From: Flectonema sp. DT1601
Taxonomy: Eukaryota
Length of the DNA stretch: 64,000 nt
Direction of reading: 5' to 3'
Assembly (NCBI GenBank): GCA_964019425.1
Contig: OZ025780.1
Span: forward strand, 372,001 to 436,000
Part shown: one piece after another, positions 11,350 through 20,877 of the stretch
Numbering within the stretch: the first letter of the stretch is position 1
How the letters are laid out: every line of letters starts with the position of its first letter
The notes under the pieces: generated by a model
Seen by the model: the letters and a program-made list of their open reading frames with translations, nothing else
Databases searched by the model: none
What the model was told of the DNA's origin: nothing
Translations under genes and position numbers: made by a program

Positions 11350-14300
11350 CTACTTCGGTCCAGAAAGTGGAAGTACATTGCTATCTTTTGGAAGATTTCT
11401 TCCCGATCGAGATCCAACTTTAGGTGAGAATTCCGCAGCATAGCTGGACTCACCTTGAAATGGAAGACTCGAAACAGCTGATGAACCAACAGCTCTACGA
11501 GGAGTTATATCTCTTTGTTTGCTTTCATAATTATCAGAATAGTTAGTACTACCAACAAAAGGAGTAGAGGAAGGTTTCTGAAGTAATGACGTCCCAACAC
11601 GAGTAGCTCTCGGACCAACTGAATGAGGAACATACGCAGCCTCAGCAGTAGTCGTGAAGTGCCCAGGGTCAGCTACCATGGATGGTCTTGTTGCTGGTGG
11701 TGTTGCTGCTCTTCTCTTTGTCGCCTGATGAGGAACATACGCAGCCTCAGCAGTAGTCGTGAAGTGTCCAGGATCAGCTACCATGGATGGTCTTGTTGCT
11801 GGTGGTGTTGCTGCTCTTCTCTTTGTAGTCTGTTGATGAGGAATATAAGAAGCTGCATTAGTCGTTTGATAATGATCTGCTCCAGCTCTTGAAGGTGGTG
11901 GTGTTAGTGCTCTCGGTTTAGTTCCAGTGAATTCAATTTGTTTTACAGAAACTCTCCTTCCTTGATAATCATTTCTGTAACTCGAATCACCTTCAAAAGG
12001 TCTACTCACTACAGTTGACGTATTAGAGTGTCTTCTATTAGCCCAACGACTCTCACTACGTTTTGGAGAATACTCAGCCTGGTATGATGTAATACCTTCG
12101 AATGAATGTTTTGATAAAGGTTCTCTTTGACTATCACTACGCTCTGCACGTTCTCCCCGTTTAGGTGAAAACTGAGCTTGATATGTACTGGTTCCTACAA
12201 ACTGCTTACTTGGTATTGAACTTCTCCCCACATCAGCTCTCTCCACACGTTCTCCTCTTTTCGGAGAGTACTGTTGTTGGTACGAAGTGGTGGCATCAAA
12301 TGGAAGAGTCGACAAACGTTGTTCTTTAGGTTTTTCCTTCACAGGTTTCGACATATCACTTTGAATGAAATCCGTGTTGTATGTACTCTGACCAGTAAAT
12401 GCCGAACTATGTCTCGGAGGTACACTCTTATCAGCTCGTTCTGCACGTTCAGCTCTCTTTGGAGAATATTCAGCCTGGTAGGAAGTCGAACCCTCGAAAG
12501 CTCTCTTTGGCGGAACATAAACATTTGGGTTGTACCTTTCCGTTGGACCCGATCTTTTCTCAACATAATCAGCCTGGTAAGAAGTGGTTCCATCAAATGG
12601 TCGACTCTGAATTGGCTGACCTCGTGTGTTGGTACGTTCCGTGCGTTCACCTCTTTTTGGGGAAAACTCAGCCTGATATGAAGTGGTTCCATCGAATGGT
12701 CGGCTTGGAATCGGCTGGCCTCGTGTATCTGCTCGTTGAGCGCGTTCAGCCTTCTTCGGGGAAAAATCGGCCTGGTATGAGGTAGTTCCATCAAATGGTC
12801 GACTCTGAATTGGTTGACCCCGGGTGTTGGTACGTTCTGTACGTTCACCTCTTTTTGGGGAAAACTCAGCCTGGTAAGAAGTGGTTCCATCGAATGGTCG
12901 GCTTGGAATCGGTTGTCCTCGGTTGTCTGTACGCTCAGCTCGCTCACCTCTCTTTGGAGAGAACTCAGCCTGGTAAGAAGTAGTTCCATCGAATGGTCGG
13001 CTTGGAATCAGTTGTCCTCGAGTGTCAGTTCGTTGAGCGCGCTCAGCCCTCTTCGGGGAGTAATCAGCCTGATATGAGGTGGTTCCATCAAATGGTCGGC
13101 TTGGAATCGGTTGGCCTCGTGTGTCTGTACGCTCAGCTCGTTCACCTCTCTTTGGAGAGAACTCAGCTTGGTATGAGGTGGTTCCATCAAATGGTCGGCT
13201 TGGAATCGGCTGACCTCGTGTGTTTGTTCGCTCAGCTCGTTCAGCTCTTTTTGGAGAGAACTCAGCCTGATAAGAAGTAGTTCCATCAAATGGTCGACTT
13301 GGAATCGGTTGTCCTCGAGTGTCAGTTCGTTGAGCGCGTTCAGCTCTCTTTGGGGAGAACTCAGCCTGATAAGAAGTGGTTCCATCGAATGGTCGGCTTG
13401 GAATCGGTTGTCCTCGGTTGTCTGTACGCTCAGCTCGTTCACCTCTCTTTGGAGAGAACTCAGCCTGATAAGAAGTGGTTCCGTCAAATGGTCGGCTTGG
13501 AATCGGCTGACCTCGTGTGTTTGTTCGCTCAACTCGTTCAGCTCTCTTTGGAGAGAACTCGGCCTGGTATGATGTAGTTCCATCAAATGGTCGACTAGGA
13601 ATTGGCTGACCTCGTGTATCCGCTCGTTGAGCACGTTCAGCGCGCTTCGGGGAAAACTCAGCTTGGTAAGAAGTAGTTCCATCAAATGGTCGGCTCGGAA
13701 TCGGCTGGCCTCGTGTGTCTACGCGTTCAACACGAGCGGCCCTCTTTGGGGAGTACTCAGCCTGGTAAGAAGTGATTCCGTCGAATGGCCTGCTTGGTAT
13801 CGGCTGACCTCGAGTGTCGGTACGTTCCGCACGCTCGGCTCGTTTCGGGGAAAACTCGGCCTGGTAAGATGTGGTTCCGTCAAATGGTCGGCTTGGAATC
13901 GGCTGACCTCGTGTGTTTGTTCGCTCAACTCGTTCAGCTCTCTTTGGAGAGAACTCGGCCTGGTATGATGTAGTTCCATCAAATGGTCGACTAGGAATCG
14001 GTTGACCTCGTGTATCCGCTCGTTGAGCACGTTCAGCGCGCTTCGGGGAAAACTCAGCCTGGTAAGAAGTGGTTCCGTCGAATGGTCGGCTTGGAATCGG
14101 CTGACCTCGTGTGTTTGTGCGTTCAGCACGTTCACCTCTCTTTGGGGAGTACTCAGCTTGGTATGAAGTGGTTCCATCAAATGGTCGACTCGGAATCGGC
14201 TGGCCTCGTGTGTCTACGCGATCAACACGTTCAGCTCTCTTCGGGGAAAACTCAGCCTGGTATGAGGTGGTTCCATCAAATGGTCGACTCGGGATCGGTT

Positions 14301-15771
14301 GACCTCGTGTGTTGGTACGTTCTATACGTTCAGCTCTCTTCGGGGAGTACTCAGCCTGATATGAGGTGGTTCCATCAAATGGCCTGCTGGGCATTAGATT
14401 TGAACTATTATTTACCCGTTCTGCTCTGTCAGCTCTCTTTGGAGAATACTCAGCTTGGTATGAAGTGGTTCCATCAAATGGTTGACTCGGAATCGGCTGG
14501 CCTCGCGTATTTGTTCGTTGAGCTCGTTCAGCTCTTTTTGGAGAGTACTCAGCCTGATACGATGTAGTTCCATCAAATGGCTGGCTCGGAATGAGTTGTC
14601 CTCTAGTATTAAATCGCTCAGTTCGTTCAGCTCTCTTCGGAGAGTACTCAGCCTGGTATGAAGTAGTTCCATCAAATGGCCTGCTGGGCATTAGATTTGA
14701 ACTATTATTTACCCGTTCTGCTCTGTCAGCTCTCTTTGGAGAGTACTCAGCCTGGTATGAAGTGGTTCCATCGAATGGTTGACTCGGAATCGGTTGGCCT
14801 CGTGTGTCTGTTCGTTGGTTTCTTTCAACTCTCTTTGGAGAATAATCAGTTTGATAAGAAGTAGTTCCATCAAATGGTTGTGTTGAAACAGGAAAGCTAT
14901 CACGTGGTGCTCTGTCTATACGATCTGCTCTTTTAGGAGAGTACTCGCTGAAGTAGGAAGTCGTTCCTTCAAATGGTAGTTTCGGTAAAATATAAACATC
15001 ATTGTTACGAACAGATCTGTCTGCCCTTTTTGGAGAATACTCATGTTGGTATGACGTCGATCCTTCAAACGGATGGCTCGGGATAGCAACATCCTTTACT
15101 TTACGATGAGTAGTCTGATGTTCATGTGGTAAGTACTCAGAGTTGTACGTAGAACTCGCATTAAATGCTGTACTAGGAAGTTGTTTTGATAATGATGTCG
15201 TTCGAGGTATCTCAACAGCCTTTGGAGTGTATTCTGTCTGATAGCTACTCGCTGCTGTGAATGCAACTCCGGCAGGAGGAATGTAATTACCTGTTCTCAC
15301 TGATGTCTGTTTCGTTAGATCATTTGGTACATAATCTGATGCATAAGTAGTACCAGCTGTAAACGGTATATGAGAATCACGCGCTGCTAAGTCATTTGGA
15401 GTGTACATACTCTGAGCTACAAAAGCACCCTTAACGGGAGGATCATAACCTAATCCTTGTTTAGGAGTGTATTCATTCATGTACGAACTACTGCCTGCAA
15501 ACTTTTCTCCCACATGTCTACTCGCTGGGGTGCTATAGCTTGGAATCGGATCTACTTGTTTCGGTTGATACTCAGATTGGTATCCCGTAGCAGCTTCAAA
15601 TCTCTCTCTCGACGGTGGAATATAAACAGGACCCGCCCTCGGTGTTCCTATACTTCCATAGGCTCTGTCAACTCTTTTTGGTGTGTACTCTTTTGTGTAT
15701 AGCGTCGGGTCCGCCGTGAAAGGTACGTGGTTCCAGTTCACGGAGGGGTTGGTAGTGGTTCCATGGTTCAT
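11350..15771 (-). CDS. SAXO/STOP (MAP6-like) Mn-motif repeat microtubule-stabilising protein
   Basis: 1473 aa with many F-x-G-x-T/S-S-Y-x-x-D/E-Y/F modules, typical of SAXO/FAM154 microtubule inner proteins. Confidence 0.8.
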   Translation of the reverse strand: MNHGTTTNPSVNWNHVPFTADPTLYTKEYTPKRVDRAYGSIGTPRAGPVYIPPSRERFEAATGYQSEYQPKQVDPIPSYSTPASRHVGEKFAGSSSYMNEYTPKQGLGYDPPVKGAFVAQSMYTPNDLAARDSHIPFTAGTTYASDYVPNDLTKQTSVRTGNYIPPAGVAFTAASSYQTEYTPKAVEIPRTTSLSKQLPSTAFNASSTYNSEYLPHEHQTTHRKVKDVAIPSHPFEGSTSYQHEYSPKRADRSVRNNDVYILPKLPFEGTTSYFSEYSPKRADRIDRAPRDSFPVSTQPFDGTTSYQTDYSPKRVERNQRTDTRGQPIPSQPFDGTTSYQAEYSPKRADRAERVNNSSNLMPSRPFDGTTSYQAEYSPKRAERTERFNTRGQLIPSQPFDGTTSYQAEYSPKRAERAQRTNTRGQPIPSQPFDGTTSYQAEYSPKRADRAERVNNSSNLMPSRPFDGTTSYQAEYSPKRAERIERTNTRGQPIPSRPFDGTTSYQAEFSPKRAERVDRVDTRGQPIPSRPFDGTTSYQAEYSPKRGERAERTNTRGQPIPSRPFDGTTSYQAEFSPKRAERAQRADTRGQPIPSRPFDGTTSYQAEFSPKRAERVERTNTRGQPIPSRPFDGTTSYQAEFSPKRAERAERTDTRGQPIPSRPFDGITSYQAEYSPKRAARVERVDTRGQPIPSRPFDGTTSYQAEFSPKRAERAQRADTRGQPIPSRPFDGTTSYQAEFSPKRAERVERTNTRGQPIPSRPFDGTTSYQAEFSPKRGERAERTDNRGQPIPSRPFDGTTSYQAEFSPKRAERAQRTDTRGQPIPSRPFDGTTSYQAEFSPKRAERAERTNTRGQPIPSRPFDGTTSYQAEFSPKRGERAERTDTRGQPIPSRPFDGTTSYQADYSPKRAERAQRTDTRGQLIPSRPFDGTTSYQAEFSPKRGERAERTDNRGQPIPSRPFDGTTSYQAEFSPKRGERTERTNTRGQPIQSRPFDGTTSYQADFSPKKAERAQRADTRGQPIPSRPFDGTTSYQAEFSPKRGERTERTNTRGQPIQSRPFDGTTSYQADYVEKRSGPTERYNPNVYVPPKRAFEGSTSYQAEYSPKRAERAERADKSVPPRHSSAFTGQSTYNTDFIQSDMSKPVKEKPKEQRLSTLPFDATTSYQQQYSPKRGERVERADVGRSSIPSKQFVGTSTYQAQFSPKRGERAERSDSQREPLSKHSFEGITSYQAEYSPKRSESRWANRRHSNTSTVVSRPFEGDSSYRNDYQGRRVSVKQIEFTGTKPRALTPPPSRAGADHYQTTNAASYIPHQQTTKRRAATPPATRPSMVADPGHFTTTAEAAYVPHQATKRRAATPPATRPSMVADPGHFTTTAEAAYVPHSVGPRATRVGTSLLQKPSSTPFVGSTNYSDNYESKQRDITPRRAVGSSAVSSLPFQGESSYAAEFSPKVGSRSGRNLPKDSNVLPLSGPK
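11620..11840. repeat. 2 x 105-bp coding repeat (KRRAATPPATRPSMVADPGHFTTTAEAAYVPH)
   Basis: Direct duplication visible in both the DNA and the protein. Confidence 0.85.
12570..14880. repeat. Coding minisatellite, ~23 x 99 bp (33-aa unit PSRPFDGTTSYQAEFSPKRAERAERTDTRGQPI)
   Basis: Near-identical units at a 99-bp period. Confidence 0.95.
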
Positions 15772-16821
15772 TAAAAACCTTGTTATTAAAATAAAATAAA
15801 TATTTTAGACACATGAAAGTTTGAGAAATTTCAGCAAGCCATGACGCCTGAAGGTGTGTGTCTGTCAAAAAATAAAATAATTGTTTCAAAAACAGGCACG
15901 ACACTCATTAATAGCAACGAAGCCTTAAGTTACTTCACACTGCGCAGTTTTTGCTTAATGAGCCTGACTACTTTTTTTTTTTTTCATGTTTTTTTTTGTT
16001 TTTGTATTTTTTTTTTTTTTTTTTTTCTTGTTTTTTTTTTTTTTTTTCCCCAGTCTCTCTCTCTCACTCTCGCTCTCGCAATGTTTTTATAAACTTCTTT
16101 TTTTTTTTTTTTTTTTCCAACCCTCCTTCCCCCTTTGTGTTTTTTTTTTTTTTACTCATGCGAGACAGGTCAAACAAATTACTGTACTATTATAGCAGGA
16201 ACGAATCACGTATTGCTTAACAGCAATAAATATTGGTGATGAAAAAAAAAAAAAGGGGAGACAATAACGGCGAAAAATAGGGGAAAAGATGCCACGTTGT
16301 AGTTTTTTTTTTTTTTTTTTTTTTTTTGTTTAACAAAAAAATGAGTAATTTGCAAATTAATATTAACCAAAGGAAGAGTGAAGACGTAAACCAACCTCAA
16401 TTGATTTGTTTTGACTCTTATATTTCTGTGTATTACTTAGGCAAGGTTGGTATCGATGACGTGCGCTGTTCTTAGGTAAGCTAAACAAAAAGTCGAAAAG
16501 AAAAGAAAAGAAACCAACCCCGAAAAAGGATGACAAAATCGCAAAGACACTGCGAGAAAAGGCGAATTTTTATTATTATTATTATTATTTTTTTTTTTTT
16601 TTTTTCCTTGTAACATCAACGGACTATATAGCTTTTAAATAAAAATAAAAATTAAGAAAAAAAACTTATCTCAAAAAAAGGATACCACCAACACGAAACA
16701 ATTATGTCGAAGACGAGGCAAGGTGACAAGAAAAGCTCTTCAGCCTGCCATTATCGAAATCAGTACCAGATACTTATCTTTAAGATCATTTGTCACTTTT
16801 TGTTTTGTTTTTTTTTGTTTA

Positions 16822-19800
16822 CTACTTCATATTTCTCCACCAGACAGGACGCTGTCGTTCTTCGCGACATTTCTGAATAATTCTGATTGCATCCTCTCCC
16901 CAGTTCTTCCGCTGAGCGTTGGCAAGAAATTTCTTATCCAAAGCATTGTGTTGCTGTTCAAATGTTTTTCCCAAAGTCCCGCTAATCTCCTTTGCCAATA
17001 AAGCAACTTCAGTATTGCATTCTTCCTGAGATAACGGTTCTGGTGAGTTCCACGTAACGTAGTCTCTCAGGACTTCAATTTCTGCTCGGGCGTCCCAACG
17101 GTGATCGAGTCCAGTATTCTTTGGAATCCCATGGTTATAATGATTCTTCTGTCTGACTACAGTATTGTGATAGTACATTTGATCTTCATACTGTTTATTA
17201 TCCCACTCAATAAGAGGTGCATTCTTTGATACAATCAAACGGGTTTCAGTTGATGTTTGAGGTGCCCAAATCTGAAGCTGAACATTACCATCGAGATACT
17301 CTGTAGATCTGTGAGGATAGTGATGAGTGACTCCTTTAAATTCAACCGTCATGTAGGGAAATCTACATTTCAACATACTCAAGTATGGTCGTAGGATGTG
17401 ACACCATCTCATCTGGTCGTCCATGTTTCGTTTAACTTCAGCTTCGAATTCAGGTCCTCCAGACTCTCCAGTATGTTCACCAGTTCTAATGTCACTTATA
17501 AATAAAACTGGTGAAGTATCTTCTTGTTCAAAATCTATAATTTTATTTAGAGAAGGAGTTGAGTCTTTATCGTGAGAAGTTGCCATTTCATCCATCGTCA
17601 AGTTCGGTACTTGTCCAGTTTGAACTCTTTCTCTGTCTTCTTCTGCTGTTGCGAAATTACCCGCAGCAACTTCTGTTAGCAAAGCCAATCCTTTTGATTT
17701 TACGAGCTCTCTTCTAATACTCCAACAGTATCTGTCGGTAAAGTATTTATTCCTAACCTCAAGTGAAGGATGTTCATGGCAACAAGAGTCGTAGTTTGCA
17801 GGGTCAACAAGAATCCATCTTTTCACGAGAGATTTAAACTTTTGTGCTATCCATGGAATATGAATACCTGGTGCCGACCCAGCATATAAGACGGTCACAG
17901 CATTTTTTGCTTTTTTCGCCGCGAGCAGGAATTGAACTTCCGATAAAAGTAGTTTACGTTGTCCCCAATGGCAAGCAGTTTTTATTTGTCCTTTTCTCGA
18001 TTGATATTCAAAGCCACTAGGGACCGCTCCAAGGAATAAATCTGGTTTCTGAAGTCGTTTGTGAGCGACTGTTATTTGTTGGTCTTGTTGCTGCTGTGGT
18101 TGCTGTTTGTCTTCTTTCTTGTCTTTCTTTGGGTCATCACGCCAGCCACCTCCACGGGCTTTGAATGCCGCACTCTTCGGTTTCGGAGCTGGTGTAGGAG
18201 CTGGAGAAGGATCACTGAGCTCAGGGCTGGTGACATTCTGCTCTTCGACTGAAGGACTTGTGTTTCTCCAATTGCTACCAAAACCATGTTGAGTGATTGG
18301 GGACTCTACAGATGTTGTACTAGCCAACACTGTGTCACCTATCGCTCCAACTGCTTTGTCAGACATAACTGATGGAGTTGTTGGTGTAGTCGGATGACTT
18401 AATATCTGAAGTGGTGTGTCCCAGGCGCTTGTTGTTGTTCTATTCTGTGCGTCAAGTCCGTCTTGCCATGCCTTCACTTTCGGACCTGCAGTTACTGGTG
18501 TTCCCTGCCAACCATCCGAACCCTGCTGCTGCTGCTGCTGTTGTTGTTGCTGAGGCTGTTGTTGTTGGGACTGCTGTTGCTGTTGCTGTGGCGGCTGTTG
18601 CTGTGGCGGCTGCTGCTGTTGCGGCTGCTGCTGTTGTGGCTGCTGCTGCTGTGGCTGCTGCTGCTGTGGCGGCTGTTGTTGCGCGGGCTGTTGCTGTGGC
18701 TGTTGCAACTGCCCACTTTGACCCTCCCACGCCCCCCTCACAGTCTCCTTAGTTTCGATTTCTGCAACTGGGGATTGTTTGTTCCAGGAATTTCCTGCTG
18801 CTGGTGTCGGTGCTGTAACGGGAGCCACCTTCTGTTTGTTCCAGGCATTGGACTGCTCTTGCGTCACGGGAGAAGACTGGTTCCAAGCATTTCTGACTTC
18901 CTGGGGTTTGGTTGCGGGTTCTGACGAAGGTTGAGAAGATACTGGTGATTGTCTCCAAGAGTTCAGGTCTTGAGAAGGTTTTTGATTCCAAGTCTTTTGT
19001 TCTTTGGGAAGTTGCGTGCGCTGTGCCCAGGCATTTGGCTCACCCAACTGTTGCTGCTGCTGTTCCGGTTCCTGTTGATTCCAAGAATTACGAAGGTCCT
19101 GTTGAGGTTGTTCCCAGGCACCTGATTCCTGCATTGGATGTGGTTGGTACTCTTGAGGCTGGTCATTTTGATTCCAGGCATTCTGTTGGTCGTATGTATT
19201 CTGTTCCTGTAGTGACTGTTGGTGAGACCATCCTTGTTGTTGCTGCTGCTGCTGCTGTTGTTGTTCCCAGTTGGTAGCTTGTTCTTTTTCTTGGTACCAG
19301 TTATTTTGTGCCTGCTGCTGATTCCATGGCTGGTCCTGTTGTGGTTGCTGTTGATTCCAAGATTGCGCAGGTGGTTCCTGTGATGCCGATAGTGTTTCTT
19401 CAGAAGGTCCGCCCCACGCGTTTCCTCTTGGATTTTGATTCCAATTCTGTTCTCTTGATTTACCCCCCCAAGCATTTGATACATCTACACCACGATTGTT
19501 CCAAGACCTTCCACGACCACCTTCTTCACGTTGTCTGTTGTCCCAATGATTTTTACCATAGGCATCCCACTGTTGATCACCTGACTGCCTGTTATTCCAC
19601 GCGTTACCCATGTCAGCTTGATCTGCAGTGTTCCAATGATTTGGTGTTTGATTTTCGTGTCTTTCTTGCCATCCATATCGAGGACGTCCCTTACCAGTCT
19701 CAACAGTGTGATTATAGGAATCATGAGACTGAGCAGGTTTACCACCTCCACCTCTAGCATGTAGTGGAGCAATTGGTATGTCAGAAGGTGATCTTGTTAG

Positions 19801-20571
19801 TGGTTGGACTCCACGATCCCACGTTTCTTGATCGTGTTCTGCTGGTTGATTCCATCCTTCTGATACTTGTTCAGAGTGTGTTAGCCTTCCATGACCCTTA
19901 CCACTCCATTCATGTCTTGGTACATTGTCTGCCCAGGGATGTTTAGGAGCTGCCACTTCACTCGTCAGCTGTGAAGGTTGTTGCTGTTGTTGTTGTGGTT
20001 GTTGTTGTGGTTGTTGCTGTTGTTGTTGTGGTGGTTGCTGTGGTTGTTGTTGTGGTTGTTGCTGTTGTTGCATTTGCTGTACATTCCAACCTTTCCCTCC
20101 TCTGTTATTGTTATTGCTGGCGATAGCGGTGGCGTTGTTAAATTGCTGTGGCTGCTGTTGCTGGTGTTGCTGAGCTGGTGGTTGCCATGCAGGCGAAGGA
20201 TTGTTTTGAATAATAATTCCCTTACCGATTACTTTAGCATCCTGAGGGACTGCGTTCAAGAACACGATTGGCTGGTTAGAACCTCCTTCTCCACGAGACG
20301 AAGGGACAGTTTCTGGTTGTTGCTGCTGCACTTGCTGTTGTTGCTGTTGAACCTGTGGCTGCTGTTGTTGCTGTTGCGGCTGCTGTTGTGATTGCTGTTG
20401 CGGCTGCTGCTGCTGCGGCTGCGGCTGTTGATTCAAATGCACCGGCCTCGGACCCGGAGGTAACGGTGGTTGTTGAAGCTGTTGTCTCTGCCATCCCTTC
20501 CCTACATTTCCATTTTCATCCCTCCCTCTTGCCTTAAACAAGGCCCTTGACGACTCCTGTCCATTACTCAT
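16822..20571 (-). CDS. Cap-specific 2'-O-ribose methyltransferase (vaccinia VP39 / trypanosome MTr2-MTr3 type) with a ~830-aa Q/W/N-rich N-terminal extension
   Basis: Motifs HWGQRKLLLSEVQFL, VLYAGSAPGIHI, LFISDIR, SMLKCRFPY and WAPQTSTETRL provide the K-D-K-E tetrad. Confidence 0.9.
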   Translation of the reverse strand: MSNGQESSRALFKARGRDENGNVGKGWQRQQLQQPPLPPGPRPVHLNQQPQPQQQQPQQQSQQQPQQQQQQPQVQQQQQQVQQQQPETVPSSRGEGGSNQPIVFLNAVPQDAKVIGKGIIIQNNPSPAWQPPAQQHQQQQPQQFNNATAIASNNNNRGGKGWNVQQMQQQQQPQQQPQQPPQQQQQQPQQQPQQQQQQPSQLTSEVAAPKHPWADNVPRHEWSGKGHGRLTHSEQVSEGWNQPAEHDQETWDRGVQPLTRSPSDIPIAPLHARGGGGKPAQSHDSYNHTVETGKGRPRYGWQERHENQTPNHWNTADQADMGNAWNNRQSGDQQWDAYGKNHWDNRQREEGGRGRSWNNRGVDVSNAWGGKSREQNWNQNPRGNAWGGPSEETLSASQEPPAQSWNQQQPQQDQPWNQQQAQNNWYQEKEQATNWEQQQQQQQQQQGWSHQQSLQEQNTYDQQNAWNQNDQPQEYQPHPMQESGAWEQPQQDLRNSWNQQEPEQQQQQLGEPNAWAQRTQLPKEQKTWNQKPSQDLNSWRQSPVSSQPSSEPATKPQEVRNAWNQSSPVTQEQSNAWNKQKVAPVTAPTPAAGNSWNKQSPVAEIETKETVRGAWEGQSGQLQQPQQQPAQQQPPQQQQPQQQQPQQQQPQQQQPPQQQPPQQQQQQSQQQQPQQQQQQQQQQGSDGWQGTPVTAGPKVKAWQDGLDAQNRTTTSAWDTPLQILSHPTTPTTPSVMSDKAVGAIGDTVLASTTSVESPITQHGFGSNWRNTSPSVEEQNVTSPELSDPSPAPTPAPKPKSAAFKARGGGWRDDPKKDKKEDKQQPQQQQDQQITVAHKRLQKPDLFLGAVPSGFEYQSRKGQIKTACHWGQRKLLLSEVQFLLAAKKAKNAVTVLYAGSAPGIHIPWIAQKFKSLVKRWILVDPANYDSCCHEHPSLEVRNKYFTDRYCWSIRRELVKSKGLALLTEVAAGNFATAEEDRERVQTGQVPNLTMDEMATSHDKDSTPSLNKIIDFEQEDTSPVLFISDIRTGEHTGESGGPEFEAEVKRNMDDQMRWCHILRPYLSMLKCRFPYMTVEFKGVTHHYPHRSTEYLDGNVQLQIWAPQTSTETRLIVSKNAPLIEWDNKQYEDQMYYHNTVVRQKNHYNHGIPKNTGLDHRWDARAEIEVLRDYVTWNSPEPLSQEECNTEVALLAKEISGTLGKTFEQQHNALDKKFLANAQRKNWGEDAIRIIQKCREERQRPVWWRNMK

Positions 20572-20877
20572 TGATGGATCATGTGTGTTTTCGGAGTTGT
20601 TCCTTTAAAAAGGATCTGGAAAAGGAAAGATAACTACCGAACACAAACAGCACATCAACAGAACCAAAGATGGCGGTGTGGCTTCCTATTGTAACTCTTT
20701 CTGTATAAAGAAAGTAATAAAATAATTAAAAATAATAAACAAAACACTACTTCAGAACAATAACTAAAGGATACATCTATTGAATAGGTTTTGAAGTGTT
20801 TTTTTTTTTTTTCTTTAACTTCTCTCCTAAAGGTTTTACAGAGGAACAAATAAACACCAACAGTGAACATGATATGA

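Noticed and set aside
12274..14903. Many overlapping alternative-frame and antisense ORFs
   Set aside because: They are by-products of the 99-bp coding repeat.
18061..20537. Poly-Ala/Leu/Cys/Ser ORFs
   Set aside because: They are shadow frames of the CAG/CAA polyQ tracts.
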